Made by a program: the position numbers and the translations under genes
Notes under the pieces: model-generated
What the model was told of the DNA's origin: nothing
Databases searched by the model: none
Seen by the model: the letters and a program-made list of their open reading frames with translations, nothing else
In this document: one piece after another, positions 51,059 to 64,000 of the stretch
How positions within the stretch are numbered: the stretch's first letter is position 1
Layout: each line of letters starts with the position of its first letter
Source: Pecten maximus
Lineage: Eukaryota
Length of the DNA: 64,000 nt
NCBI RefSeq assembly: GCF_902652985.1
Contig: NC_047028.1
Location: 1,116,001-1,180,000, forward strand
Direction of reading: 5' to 3'

Positions 51059-53380
51059 TTACTGGGTTCTGTCGTAAGTACAGAGTAGTGTTGTATGGTT
51101 GGTAGTAGTTAGGATGTTATAGCCATAAAAAAATGCATTGTTGTTTGATCCTTCTGGTAATGAACGTGCAAAGATGTCTGTAACAGTCTGTAATGTACTC
51201 GTACAGACATCTTCCTTCGGGGAGGACGAGTCTTTCAATTGTAAACGCCCCAGGTCAGGCAGGCAAAACGTTTCCTGTTCTGCTAGCGATTTAGAGCTAC
51301 AGGTATAGTGGAAATGTCATAAAAAATATACCAAAGGTTCTGATATAGGACAACCTATATTACAGCTTACAGCTATACCTGAGTTTAAACAGAGTAACTG
51401 TGAACTATGTTACAGCTATATCCAAGGTCGAATAGAGTATTTGTAAACTATGATCTATGGTCGATAACGGGGAACTTAGTATCTTTTTGAAAAGTTTCCA
51501 TTTTATCAGAGAAGATATCAAATATGGAATTCCGCCAAGAGTTAAAACAAAACTAGGGCACGAGCCTCACAAAAAGACAATAGTTTCAGCAATAACGACA
51601 GGCACGTAACAGATAGAGCACTAGTCTGACACAGTGTTATAGCGATCATTTCAAGTTATTCCCCTGGAAATCTTAACAGACAGATAGTGCCCACACAAAC
51701 GTGTTTGTTTTGCATTTTACTAAAGATGAGTAGTGCCATCACGTCACGGAGTAAAGCTGCTTTGTTGAAAGATTCAGAAATGGAGGAATCTACCCCAGGA
51801 ATAGTGTCTTTGTTCAAGTCTAACAAAAATCATTTTATGTAATCCATAATACCATTCTTTTACGATTCTTCTACAAGATTTTAGGGCAGTGCAATACAAC
51901 CTACCTGTTGGTCAACTGTTCAGGTGTGTCCCAGTCTTCTGATGTGCAGCTGTGTCCCAGTCTTTTGATGTTCAGGTGTGTCCCAGGCTTCTAATGCTCA
52001 GGTGTGTCCCAATCTTCTTAAGCTCAGGTGTGTCCTAATCTTCTGATGTTCAGTTGTGTCCCAATCTTCTGATGTTCAGTTGTTTCCCAGTCTTCTAATG
52101 CTCAGTTGTGTCCCAATCCTCGAATGTTCAGGTGTGTCCCATTCCTCGGATGTTCAGGTGTTTCCCAATCCTCGGATGTTCAGGTGTGTCCCAGTCTTCT
52201 GATGTTCAGTTGTGTCCCAGTCTTCTGATGTTCAGGTGTGTCCCAATCCTCGGATGTTCAGGTGTGTCCCAATCCTCGGATGTTCAGGTGTGTCCCAATC
52301 CTCGGATGTTCAGGTGTGTCCAAATCCTCGGATGTTCATGTGTGTCCCTGTCTTCGGATGTTCAGGTATGTCCCAATCCTCGGATGTTCAGGTCTATTGT
52401 GTGATGGTGATGACAAACAGACATACGATACGTAAATAAGGTCTGGCATGACAGATGAATACGTACGTGTTATTCTCATAAATTTGCATACAATCACAGA
52501 CATTTGCGTAATTGAACATAAGATTTGAAAGCATTATTTACAACACACATATTTTATATTTTTCCAAATCCTGGGTGCACATGCACATAAACAGCAGACA
52601 TCAATAAACTACGAGTAAGTAAGTATCTTGTTAAACGCCTTGATGATCCGCCTATTGCTAGATTTCGTCTAGTTTTATGTGGTTCGTCCTATTATAAGTA
52701 ATATTACATCAACATGCTCGGTCGCCTTCAAGGTCACTGACGAATCCTGAAAGGTTACAATAGCTGTGTGTTATAGTTTAATCAATTGTGGGTCGCTCTA
52801 TATATCTAACTCCCTTTTATATAGAAACCAATTAATGACTTGGTTGCCTGTTATATAATCTTTAATTAGTACCTATCCCTTGAAATGTTCCATGTATGGT
52901 TTTGGTATTATTAGACGTCATATCAATAGCTATGATCATTTAAGCTGGCCTCCTCTGTGTACGAGATGGAAGCGTGTAGTTGATGTGTGCTTGTTTATGA
53001 CGCTGTAGTACGTTCGTGTGTTTGTCTCCTTGTGACAGCGCGTTAGTGATACCCACTTTATAGTGCGATCCCACTGAAGTGTACTGACAATTTTCTGTGA
53101 TTTGAGCTGTGTTATGTTCTATATTAACATATATAATATTGATAGCATAAAAATAACATTTATATCAATATATATTGCTATAGACGTTATGAGCACGGGA
53201 AAGTGTGTTCTTGAAATACATTTCTTTAATACTCAATGATTCGCTATAATAAGCATAAATCGTTTCCTTACCTGCAGCAATTTGATCTTTTACAAATTGA
53301 GATTTTGACACACCGGTTGTTGATATATAGCATGCAATGATTATTCGTTGGATGGATATTCGGCTTCTATTTTCAGGGTT
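51059..53380 (-). CDS. Possible 3' exons of an unidentified gene (approx. 53272-53380, 51853-51904, 51059-51296)
   Basis: GT-AG junctions chain in phase to NPENRSRISIQRIIIACY...QIAAG RLYCTALKSCRRIVKEC SKSLAEQETFCLPDLGRL...TYDRTQ*. No family recognised and no upstream exons found. Confidence 0.3.
51917..52393. repeat. Tandem array, 26-bp unit, ~18 copies
   Basis: tgttcaggtgtgtcccaatcctcgga and variants. Confidence 0.95.
52903..53088 (-). mobile_element. Old 3' fragment of the SINE family at 9551-10087
   Basis: tcatttaa..ggcctcc, gttcgtgt..gtctccttgtga and tttatagtgc..cactgaag are collinear with 9570-9750. Confidence 0.7.
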
Positions 53381-53714
53381 CTGCAAGTATGTACTAGATT
53401 TCACCACCTCGATGGATTTCTACACCAATAGGGTATACTTGTATATCACACTGACTGTGTCACTGGAAAGTTTACCTTTGATTTTATGTTCCGTGTTAAG
53501 GGGATACAACATGCCCCCTGAATACATTTGATTTAATTATAAGCTGTACTCTCACGTAGGTCTGGCGTTCGACGGGTAATCTTTTTCTCGCTGGATAGCA
53601 TTTCTCGAGAGTTTTCAATCCAATTAACTTTCTTGTAAGGGTTGCATAATGATATGCGAATTTTATCAGTTCATTCTATTAACAAAACTCAGACGAACGA
53701 TTATAAAATTCAAA

Positions 53715-54363
53715 TATATCATGTCGCATTTATATAATATAGAACTGGGCTATTCCAGAACGTCAATACGATTGTAAATATACCATGTCGTATTTAAATA
53801 ATCTAGAACTGATACATACATGTACCCGAACGTCAATACGACAGTAAACATACCATGTCATATTTATATAGTCTAGAACTGGTACATACCAGCACGTCAG
53901 TACGACAGTAAATATACCATGTCATATTTATATAGTCTAGAACTGGTACATACCAGAACGTCAGTACGACAGTTAATATACCATGTCATATTTATATAGT
54001 CTAGAACTGGTACATACCAGCACGTCAGTACGACAGTTAATATACCATGTCATATTTATATAGTCTAGAACTGGTACATACCAGCACGTCAGTACGACAG
54101 TAAATATACCATGTCATATTTATATAGTCTAGAACTGGTACATACCAGCACGTCAGTACGACAGTTAATATACCATGTCATATTTATATAGTCTAGAACT
54201 GGTACATACCAGCACGTCAGTACGACAGTAAATATACCATGTCATATTTATATAGTCTAGAACTGGTACATACCAGAACGTCAGTACGACAGTTAATATA
54301 CCATGTCATATTTATATAGTCTAGAACTGGTACATACCAGAACGTCAGTACGACAGTTAATAT
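53715..54363. repeat. Tandem array, 64-bp unit, ~10 copies
   Basis: aatataccatgtcatatttatatagtctagaactggtacataccagcacgtcagtacgacagta. Confidence 0.95.
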
Positions 54364-57091
54364 ATTACATATCATCGCTAATCAATAAGGAAACATAGAA
54401 TACAGGTACCTGGAACTATCAGTTACTCAATGTGGTTTCAGTCAGTGTAGATTAACTAATCAAATAAATTGATACGTGTATTGTTGTTTACCGGACGTTC
54501 AATATATACCAACTTCCGGTTTATTTGACTACTAAATGTATATTTCCAGCTGTTGCATTAGATTTGGTCAACCACGTCAGACTTGCCATTCTTAAGTCAC
54601 TTAATGGCGAACTCAAATCGGTCACCTTTTTGTGACAATTACAATGCGTTTTTTCTTAACTTTGTTTTCCTGTTGAACAATATTTACCCAGTCAGTGACC
54701 TAGTAAGTGTTTCTTTTTGTTTTCCAGGTGGATTATTTAAAATGAAGATTTGTTAATACCTATATGAGGATTGTATATACCTTAAATGTTGGAAAGAATA
54801 GTAAGTCCTTCCAAGGATAAAAGGAATATAGCTCTTCGCATGGATATTGTATGGATCCTAAAACTAACTTTGTTTTGGTGAGTGGACATAATGTTTACCT
54901 GACATTTTTTCTTTTCGGATTTTAATATTTTCGTTAACACATTTGTTTTATTTAGATCGATGCTTAATGGTTTCACCTTCCTATCTGTTGCTACCAAGTT
55001 ACCACACACATGTCACGTGGTTCCAAAACATATGTTTATCATCATGATGCGAAATGGATTTTTACTGTTTCTGATTACAGTTTGGACAAAAAGTCTTGAT
55101 ACAATTTTGATAGTTGAATTGGCTGATGGACATTGTCTGTGTTCATCACGTAGCTTATATATGTAATAGCATGGTGACAAATATCATGTAACAGAGCCCA
55201 TACAGAAAAGTAAGTTACAGTCGCCGTCGTTCAAATAGTGATTGAAATAAGTATATATATCTTGTCTGGTGAAGGTTGTAAAAACGAATAAAAGTCAAAT
55301 TATTCAACATCAAAAAACCAAGGACAAAATTATACTTCAGCACATTATGAAGCATGTTTCACAAGTTTTGAAGTATGAGTGTGAATAAACTTTGGTATAA
55401 CACAACCAGTGTAAGATTTAATCGTAACATTTCGGTGACCATACACTGTCGCCTTCAGACAAATGGTTAGCTGAGTTCATGTACACTGAGGTTTTGAGTT
55501 TAAGATACTGTAATAAAGTCTTTTCGTCCACACCATAACCTGTTTATACTGAGGCGGCAAATAGTGTACACGTCGATTCGGAGGACAAGAGTTTGTTAAT
55601 TGTCTAAAGCCCCCCTCGTCCCGGTTTATAACTGACCCGTTTATATAAAATTATGAAAACGAAAACGTCAACACCAAATCACAAAAATCACTAACACTCA
55701 GTTATAAATAATGGATCCGATCTACGTACGAACTTTTCTGTATAGCCAAAAATGAAACCGAATATGTATACAGTAGAATATCAATGTTAGTTTAGGATGT
55801 GTTTTCAAAGCCCGTTTTTAAAGAAGAAACACCCGCCTCTACCTCTCGTCGCTCCAACATTGTTATTATACAAATGAACAGAGTTATGACCCGTGATGAA
55901 AAATGATTGACCACATTCCAACATTTCTATTTAAAACAGCAGCGAAACATCTACTTACATATAAAATCCTTCATCATCTTATATGTACATGTATGTATGT
56001 ATGTGAATGAATTGATATGTCTTGTTCAAAATAATTAATACGGTTTCAATGGTATGTACAGTTTGTACATTGTATACTGGTTGTTTCAAATTGTTGGCAG
56101 CGTTAACATTGCAGTAGAACGAAATATTTAGAATTATTGCTGCTGTGGTGCTTTAACATAAATCGTTAAAAATGGTGACAAATGTCATCAGTTTATACAC
56201 ACAGAACGGGTAAACAGCATGTTACAATGTATATCAAGTATACAGCGTGTGGGAACTAATACATTGTTACATGATATATTATGAACCACTTTCAGTGGAG
56301 TTAATATATGCACTTGTACATTGTAGTGGGAATGTGCAGAGGGAATTTCCATATTACATCTATATAGTTATCAGTATCACTGTGAAACACCTAGGTTGTA
56401 TTCGTGCTTTAAACCGTAACATATATAGATTCTGTACAGATTGTGAAGTTATTTCCTCCGACACATATATCTATATTTCAATGTTCTTTTTCATATGTCG
56501 CCATGTGAATCTAAATATAACCCAATTTAAGTTTGAATTATGATTTCGTTAACATTTCGGTATTTTTCTCGTTTTCTCAAAGGTCTCCGCTTAATAAGGT
56601 TTTATTCTGATTTTGTCTCTTTATCAACTTTTTAATCAAAATGACGGTTTTGTTTGAATTTTGGTATAAAACACAACATTGTTCATCACTTAATTCCTAT
56701 GACGTGAAGATCATTATGTATAAATATAACGTACTCACTAACTTCGAGCTATCGGGTATCATATACATAATAACCAACAACGGAATTATCCAACTAAAAC
56801 GAGAGAGTTATTTTAATAGGCGTGCATAATGAGAAAACTGCACTTCTGCTAGGAACGTATCCATGTCTGTTACACATTGGTACTTAACTCTTTAATAGAA
56901 TCTGTTATTCTGTTGTGCAACATCATGTACATGTAAACCGAATAATGAATAAATTTCACCATACAGCTGTTTCGTCACTTTAGGATTCGTCAATGATCAG
57001 GAGCCAGTGTATGCAAAAGCGGTGATAATGTAGTTTTAATGAATGCTGAAATGTAAAAAGAAGTGTTAGGGAGTATATCGAGATTACTCAG

Positions 57092-59466
57092 GTTAACCAA
57101 ACATTATCTACTGATGTGTTAACCTAACACAACCTACTGATGTGTTAACCTAATACAACATACTGATGTGTTAACCTAACACAATCTACTGGTGTGTTAA
57201 CCTAACACAACCTACTGATGTGTTAACCTAACACAACCTACTGATGTGTTAACCTAACACAACCTACTGATGTGTTAACCTAATACAACATACTGATGTG
57301 TTAACCTAACACAACCTACTGATGTGTTAACCTAAACAGTCTACTGATGTGTTAACGTAACACAACCTACTGATATGTTAACCTAACACAATCTACTGAT
57401 GTGTTAACGTAACACAACCTACTGATGTGTTAACCTAAACAACCTACTGATGTGTTAACCTAAACAATCTACTGATGTGTTAACGTAACACAACCTACTG
57501 ATGTGTTAACGTAACACAACCTACTGATGTGTTAACCTAACACAATATACTGATGTGTTAACCTAACACAACCTACTGATGTGTTAACCTAAACAACCTA
57601 CTGATGTGTTAACCTAAACAATCTACTGATGTGTTAACCTAACACAACCTACTGATGTGTTAACCTAACACAACCTACTGATGTGTTAACCTAACACAAT
57701 CTACTGATGTGTTAACCTAACACAATATACTGATGTGTTAACCTAACACAACCTACTGATGTGTTAACATAACACAACCTACTGATGTGTTAACCTAACA
57801 CAATCTACTGATGTGTTAACCTAACACAACCTACTGATATGTTAACCTAACACAACCTAATGATGTGTTAACCTAACACAATATACTGATGTGTTAACCT
57901 AACACAATCTACTGATGTGTTAACCTAACACAACCTACTGATGTGTTAACCTAACACAACCTACTGATGTGTTAACCTAACACAACCTACTGATGTGTTA
58001 ACCTAACACAACCTACTGATGTGTTAACCTAACACAACCTAATGATGTGTTAACCTAACACAACCTACTGATGTGTTAACCTAACACAACCTACTAATGT
58101 GTTAACCTAACACAACCTACTGATGTGTTAACCTTACACAACCTACTGATGTGTTAACCTCACACAACCTACTGATGTGTTAACCTAAACAACCTACTGA
58201 TGTGTTAACCTAACACAACCTACTGATGTGTTAACCTAACACAATATACTGATGTGTTACCCTAACACAATATACTGATGTGTTACCCTAACACAACCTA
58301 CTGGTGTGTTAACCTTACACAATCTACTGAAGTGTTAACCTTACACAATCTACTGAAGTGTTAACCTTACACAATCTACTGGTGTGTTAACCTTACACAA
58401 TCTACTGAAGTGTTAACCTTACACAATCTACTGGTGTGTTAACCTTACACAATATACTGATGTGTTAACCTAACACAACCTACTGATGTGTTAACCTAAC
58501 ACAATCTACTGATGTGTTAACCTAACACAACCTACTGATGTGTTAACCTAACACAACCTACTGATGTGTTAACCTAACACAACCTACTGATGTGTTAACC
58601 TAACACAACCTACTGATGTGTTAACCTAAACAATCTACTGATGTGTTAACCTACCACAATCTACTGGTGTGTTAACCTAACACAACCTACTGATGTGTTA
58701 ACCTAACACAACATACTGGTGTGTTAACCAAACACAACCTACTGATGTGTTAACCTAACACAATCTACTGATGTGTTAACCTAACACAATCTACTGATGA
58801 ATTAACCAAACACAACCTACTGATGTGTTAACCTAACACAACATACTGGTGTGTTAACCTAACACAACATACTGGTGTGTTAACCAAACACAACCTACTG
58901 ATGTGTTAACCAAACACAACCTACTGATGTGTTAACCTAACACAACCTACTGATGTGTTAACCAAACACAACCTATTGATGTGTTAACCTAACACAACCT
59001 ACTGATGTGTTAACCAAACACAACCTACTGATGTGTTAACCTAACACAATCTACTGATGTGTTAACCTAACACAATTTAATGATGTGTTAACCTAACACA
59101 ACCTACTGATGTGTTAACCTAACACAATCTACTGATGTGTTAACCTAACACAACCTACTGATGTGTTAACCTAACACAACCTACTGATGTGTTAACCTAA
59201 CACAATATACTGATGTGTTAACCTAACACAACCTATTGATGTGTTAACCTAAACAACCTACTGATGTGTTAACCTAACACAACCTACTGATGTGTTAACC
59301 TTACACAATATACTGATGTGTTAACCTAACACAACCTACTCTTGTGTTAACCTAACACAACCTACTGATGTGTTAACCTAACACAACCTACTCATGTGTT
59401 AACCTAACACAATCTACTGATGTGTTAACCTAACACAATCTACTGATGTGTTAACCTAATCACAAT
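57092..59466. repeat. Tandem array, 26-bp unit (24-bp variants), ~90 copies
   Basis: tactgatgtgttaacctaacacaacc. Confidence 0.97.
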
Positions 59467-59744
59467 CATGGTTTGTTTTGTATAATTGAAAACAAGGAGT
59501 CGGCTACCACATGAAATGTCATAAAAATGTCTGTTTGGATTCGTACAGTATAGTGCGAGGTCAAAGAAGCGCCAGCTTTGGAGTTCGAATATGCATGAGA
59601 TACAAAATGTACTCACCACCCGCATGAAATACCATCCACCCCTATGAAATACTCATTTATCTTCATTAAATGTTCATATACCCGAAAAAATACCCATCTG
59701 CCCTCATTAAAAGCTCATTAAAAGCTTATCTACCCTAATACAAT

Positions 59745-62700
59745 ACTCATCCACCTCTATAAAACACTCATCTACATTGTACTTTCATAAAACACTCATC
59801 TACCTTCACAAAACACTCATCTACCACTATAAAACACTATCTACCACTATAACACACTCATCTACCACTATAAAACGCTCATCTACCACTATAAAACAAT
59901 CATCTACCGCTATAAAACACTATCTACCACTATAAAATACTCATCCACCGCTATAAAATGCTCATGTTCCCCTATAAAACTCTCATCTACATTGTACTTT
60001 CATAAAACACTCATCTACCACTATAAAACACTCATCTACATTGTACTTTCATAAAACACTCATCTACCGCTATAAAACACTCATCTACCGCTATAAAACA
60101 CTCATCTACCACTATAAAACACTCATCTACCGCTATAAAACACTCATCTACCACTATAAAACACTCATTTACCACTATAAAACACTCATCTACCACTATA
60201 AAACACTCATCTACCGCTATAAAACACTCATCTACCACTATAACACACTCATCTACCACTATAAAACACTCATCTACCACTATAAAACACTCATCTACCG
60301 CTATAAAACACCCATCTACCACTATAAAACACTCATCTACCACTGTAACACACTCATCTACCACTATAAAACACCCATAATCCACTATAAAACACTCATC
60401 TACCACTATAAGACACTCATTTACTACTATAAAACACCCATCTACCACTATAAAACACTCATTTACCACTATAAAACACTCATCTACCACTTTAAAACAC
60501 TCATCTACCGCTATAAAGCACTCATCTACCACTATAAAACACTCATCTACCACTATAAAACACTCATCTACTGCTATAAAACACTCATCTACCACTATAA
60601 AACACCCATAATCCACTATTAAACACTCATCTACCGCTATAAAACACTCATCTACCACTATAAAACACTAATATACCACTATAAAACACTCATCTACCAC
60701 TATAAAACACTCATCTACCATTATAAAACACTCATCTACCATTATAAAACACTCATCTATCACTATAAAACACTCATCTACCACTATAAAACACCCATAA
60801 TCCACTATAAAACACTCATCTACCACTATAAAACACTCATCTACCACTATAAAACACTCATCTACCACTATAAAACACTCATCTACCACTATAAAACACC
60901 CATAATCCACTATAAAACACTCATCTACCACTATAAAACACTCATCTATCACTATAAAACACTCGTCTACTACTATAAAACACTCATCTACCGCTATAAA
61001 ACACTCATCTACCACTATAAAACACTCATCTACCGCTATAAAATACTCATTTACCTTCATTAAATGTCATATACCCTAATACAATACTCATCCACCGCTA
61101 TAAAATGCTCATTTTCCCCTATAAAACTCTACATTGTACTTTCATAAAACACTCATCTAACACTATAAAACACTCTTCTACATTGTACTTTCATAAAACA
61201 CTCATCTACCTCTATAAAACACTCATCTACCGCTATAAAACACTCATCTACCACTATAAAACACTCATCTACTGCTATAAAACACTCATCTACCACTATA
61301 AAACACCCATAATCCACTATAAAACACTCATCTACCGCTATAAAACACTCATCTACCACTATAAAACACTCATATACCACTATAAAACACTCATCTACCA
61401 CTATAAAACACTCATCTATCGCTATAAAACACTCATCTACCACTATAAAACACCCATAATCCACTATAAAACACTCATCTACCGCTATAAAACACCCATA
61501 ATCCACTATAAAACACTCATCTACCACTATAAAACACTCATCTACCACTATAAAACACTCATCTACCGCTATAAAACACTCATCCACCACTATAAAACAC
61601 TCATCTACCATTATAAAACACTCATCTACCACTATAACACACTCATCAACCACTATAAAACACTCATCTACCACTATAAAACACTCATCCAACACTATAA
61701 AACACTCATCTACCATTATAAAACACTCATCTACCACTATAAAACACTCATCTACCACTATAAAACACTCATCTACCGCTATAAAACACTCATCTACCAC
61801 TATAAAACACTCATCCACCACTATAAAACACTCATCTACCGCTATAAAACACTCATCTACCACTATAAAACACTCATCTACCACTATAAAACACTCATCT
61901 ATCACTATAAAACACTCGTCTGCTACTATAAAACACTCATCTACCGCTATAAAACACTCATCTATCACTATAAAACACTCGTCTACTACTATAAAACACT
62001 CATCTACCGCTATAAAACACTCATCTACCACTATAAAACACTCATCTACCGCTATAAAACACTCATCTACCACTATAAAACACTCATCTACCGCTATAAA
62101 ACACTCATCTACCACTATAAAACACTCATCCACCACTATAAAACACTCATCTACCATTATAAAACACTCACTACCACTATAAAACACTCATCTACCACTA
62201 TAAACACTCATCTACCGCTATAAAACACTCATCTACCACTATAAAACACTCATCCACCACTATAAAACACTCATCTACCGCTATAAAACACTCATCTACC
62301 ACTATAAAACACTCATCTGCCACTATAAAACACTCATCTACCACTATAAAACACTCATCTACCATTATAAAACACTCATCTACCACTATAAAACACTCAT
62401 CTACCACTATAAAACACTCATCTACCGCTATAAAACACTCATCTACCACTATAAAACACTCATCCACCACTATAAAACACTCATCTACCGCTATAAAACA
62501 CTCATCTACCACTATAAAACACTCATCTACCACTATAAAACACTCGTCTGCTACTATAAAACACTCATCTACCGCTATAAAACACTCATCTATCACTATA
62601 AAACACTCGTCTACTACTATAAAACACTCATCTACCGCTATAAAACACTCATCTACCACTATAAAACACTCATCTACCGCTATAAAACACTCATATACCA

Positions 62701-64000
62701 CTATAAAACACTCATCTACCGCTATAAAACACTCATCTACCACTATAAAACACTCATCCACCACTATAAAACACTCATCTACCATTATAAAACACTCATC
62801 TACCACTATAAAACACTCATCTACCACTATAAAACACTCATCTACCGCTATAAAACACTCATCTACCACTATAAAACACTCATCCACCACTATAAAACAC
62901 TCATCTACCGCTATAAAACACTCATCTACCACTATAAAACACTCATCTACCACTATAAAACACTCATCTACCACTATAAAACACTCATCTACCACTATAA
63001 AACACTCATCTACCACTATAAAACACTCATCTACCGCTATTAAACACTCACCTACCGCTATAAAACACTCATCTACCGCTATAAAATACTCATTTACCTT
63101 CATTAAATGTCATATACCCTAATACAATACTCATCCACCGCTATAAAATGCTCATTTTCCCCTATAAAACTCTCATCTACATTGTACTTTCATAAAACAC
63201 TCATCTACCACTATAAAACACTCATCTACATTGTACTTTCATAAAACACTCATCTACCGCTATAAAACACTCATCTACCATTATAAAACACTCATCTACC
63301 GCTATAAAACACTCATCTACCACTATAACACACTCATCTACCACTATAAAACACTCATCTACCACTATAAAACACTCATCTACCACTATAAAACACTCAT
63401 CCACCACTATAAAACACTCATCTATCGCTATAAAACACTCATCTACCACTATAAAACACCCATCTACCACTATAAAACACTCGTCTACCACTATAAAACA
63501 CTCATCTACCACTATAAAACACTCATCTACCGCTATAAAACACTCATCTACCACTATAACACACTCATCTATCGCTATAAAACACTCATCCACCACTATA
63601 ACACACTCATCTACTACTATAAAACACTCATCTACTACTATAAAACACTCATCTACCGCTATAAAACACTCATCTACCACTATAAAACACTCATCTACCG
63701 CTATAAAACACTCATCTACCACTATAAAACACTCATCTACCGCTATAAAACACTCATCTACCACTATAAAACACTCATCTACCGCTATAAAACACTCATC
63801 TACCACTATAAAACACTCATCTACCGCTATAAAACACTCATCTACCACTATAAAACACTCATCTACCGCTATAAAACACTCATCTACCACTATAAAACAC
63901 TCATCCACCACTATAAAACACTCATCTACCATTATAAAACACTCACTACCACTATAAAACACTCATCTACCACTATAAACACTCATCTACCATTATAAAA
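59745..64000. repeat. Tandem array, 21-bp unit (ctataaaacactcatctacca), with kb-scale higher-order duplication; runs off the window end
   Basis: 7-aa periodic spurious ORFs. The unique spacer tactcatttaccttcattaaatgtcatataccctaatacaatactc recurs at ~61044 and ~63086 (diverged at ~59650). Confidence 0.97.

Noticed and set aside
54782-55200. Further upstream exons for the 51-53 kb candidate gene
   Set aside because: All frames contain stops, and the only fitting intron would be ~41 bp.
60032-63998. ORFs with DECFIVV / YKTLIYH heptads
   Set aside because: Translations of a 21-bp array, interrupted by frameshifts and with no unique domain.
1-64000. CRISPR arrays (26-37 bp repeats)
   Set aside because: Units are head-to-tail with no unique spacers, there are no cas genes, and the context is eukaryotic with spliced genes.

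Overview
AT-rich eukaryotic genomic DNA, most likely a bivalve mollusc (inferred from a mytilectin-type lectin gene and from SINE and Helentron-type element styles). Roughly 28-29 kb of the 64 kb is tandem repeat, in about 20 unrelated arrays with units of about 10-64 bp. These arrays produce all the long low-complexity ORFs in the track, which I consider artefacts. Three genes could be reconstructed by hand. (1) A 5-exon + strand gene (18132-27048, 231 aa) that the ORF track shows only as fragments. It has an MGCxxS lipidation-type N-terminus and an IL-1/beta-trefoil-like 'LESMMYNGVYL' motif, and its stop codon is followed by a 52-bp array in which most units carry AATAAA. (2) A - strand SLC16/monocarboxylate-transporter gene (31280-37565) with one frameshifted exon. 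(3) A - strand mytilectin-like beta-trefoil gene (39865-40284). An 8.06-kb internally deleted Maverick/Polinton-like element (41558-49619) carries remnants of a chromo-integrase, a zinc-finger plus packaging ATPase and a minor capsid protein. Its satellite-filled TIRs each end in a 120-137 bp fold-back hairpin, and no TSD is visible. Other mobile elements are a set of 'split-hairpin' non-autonomous elements, a Helentron-associated element (HINE), MITEs, and a SINE with a 13-bp TSD and a pseudoknotted 5' head.
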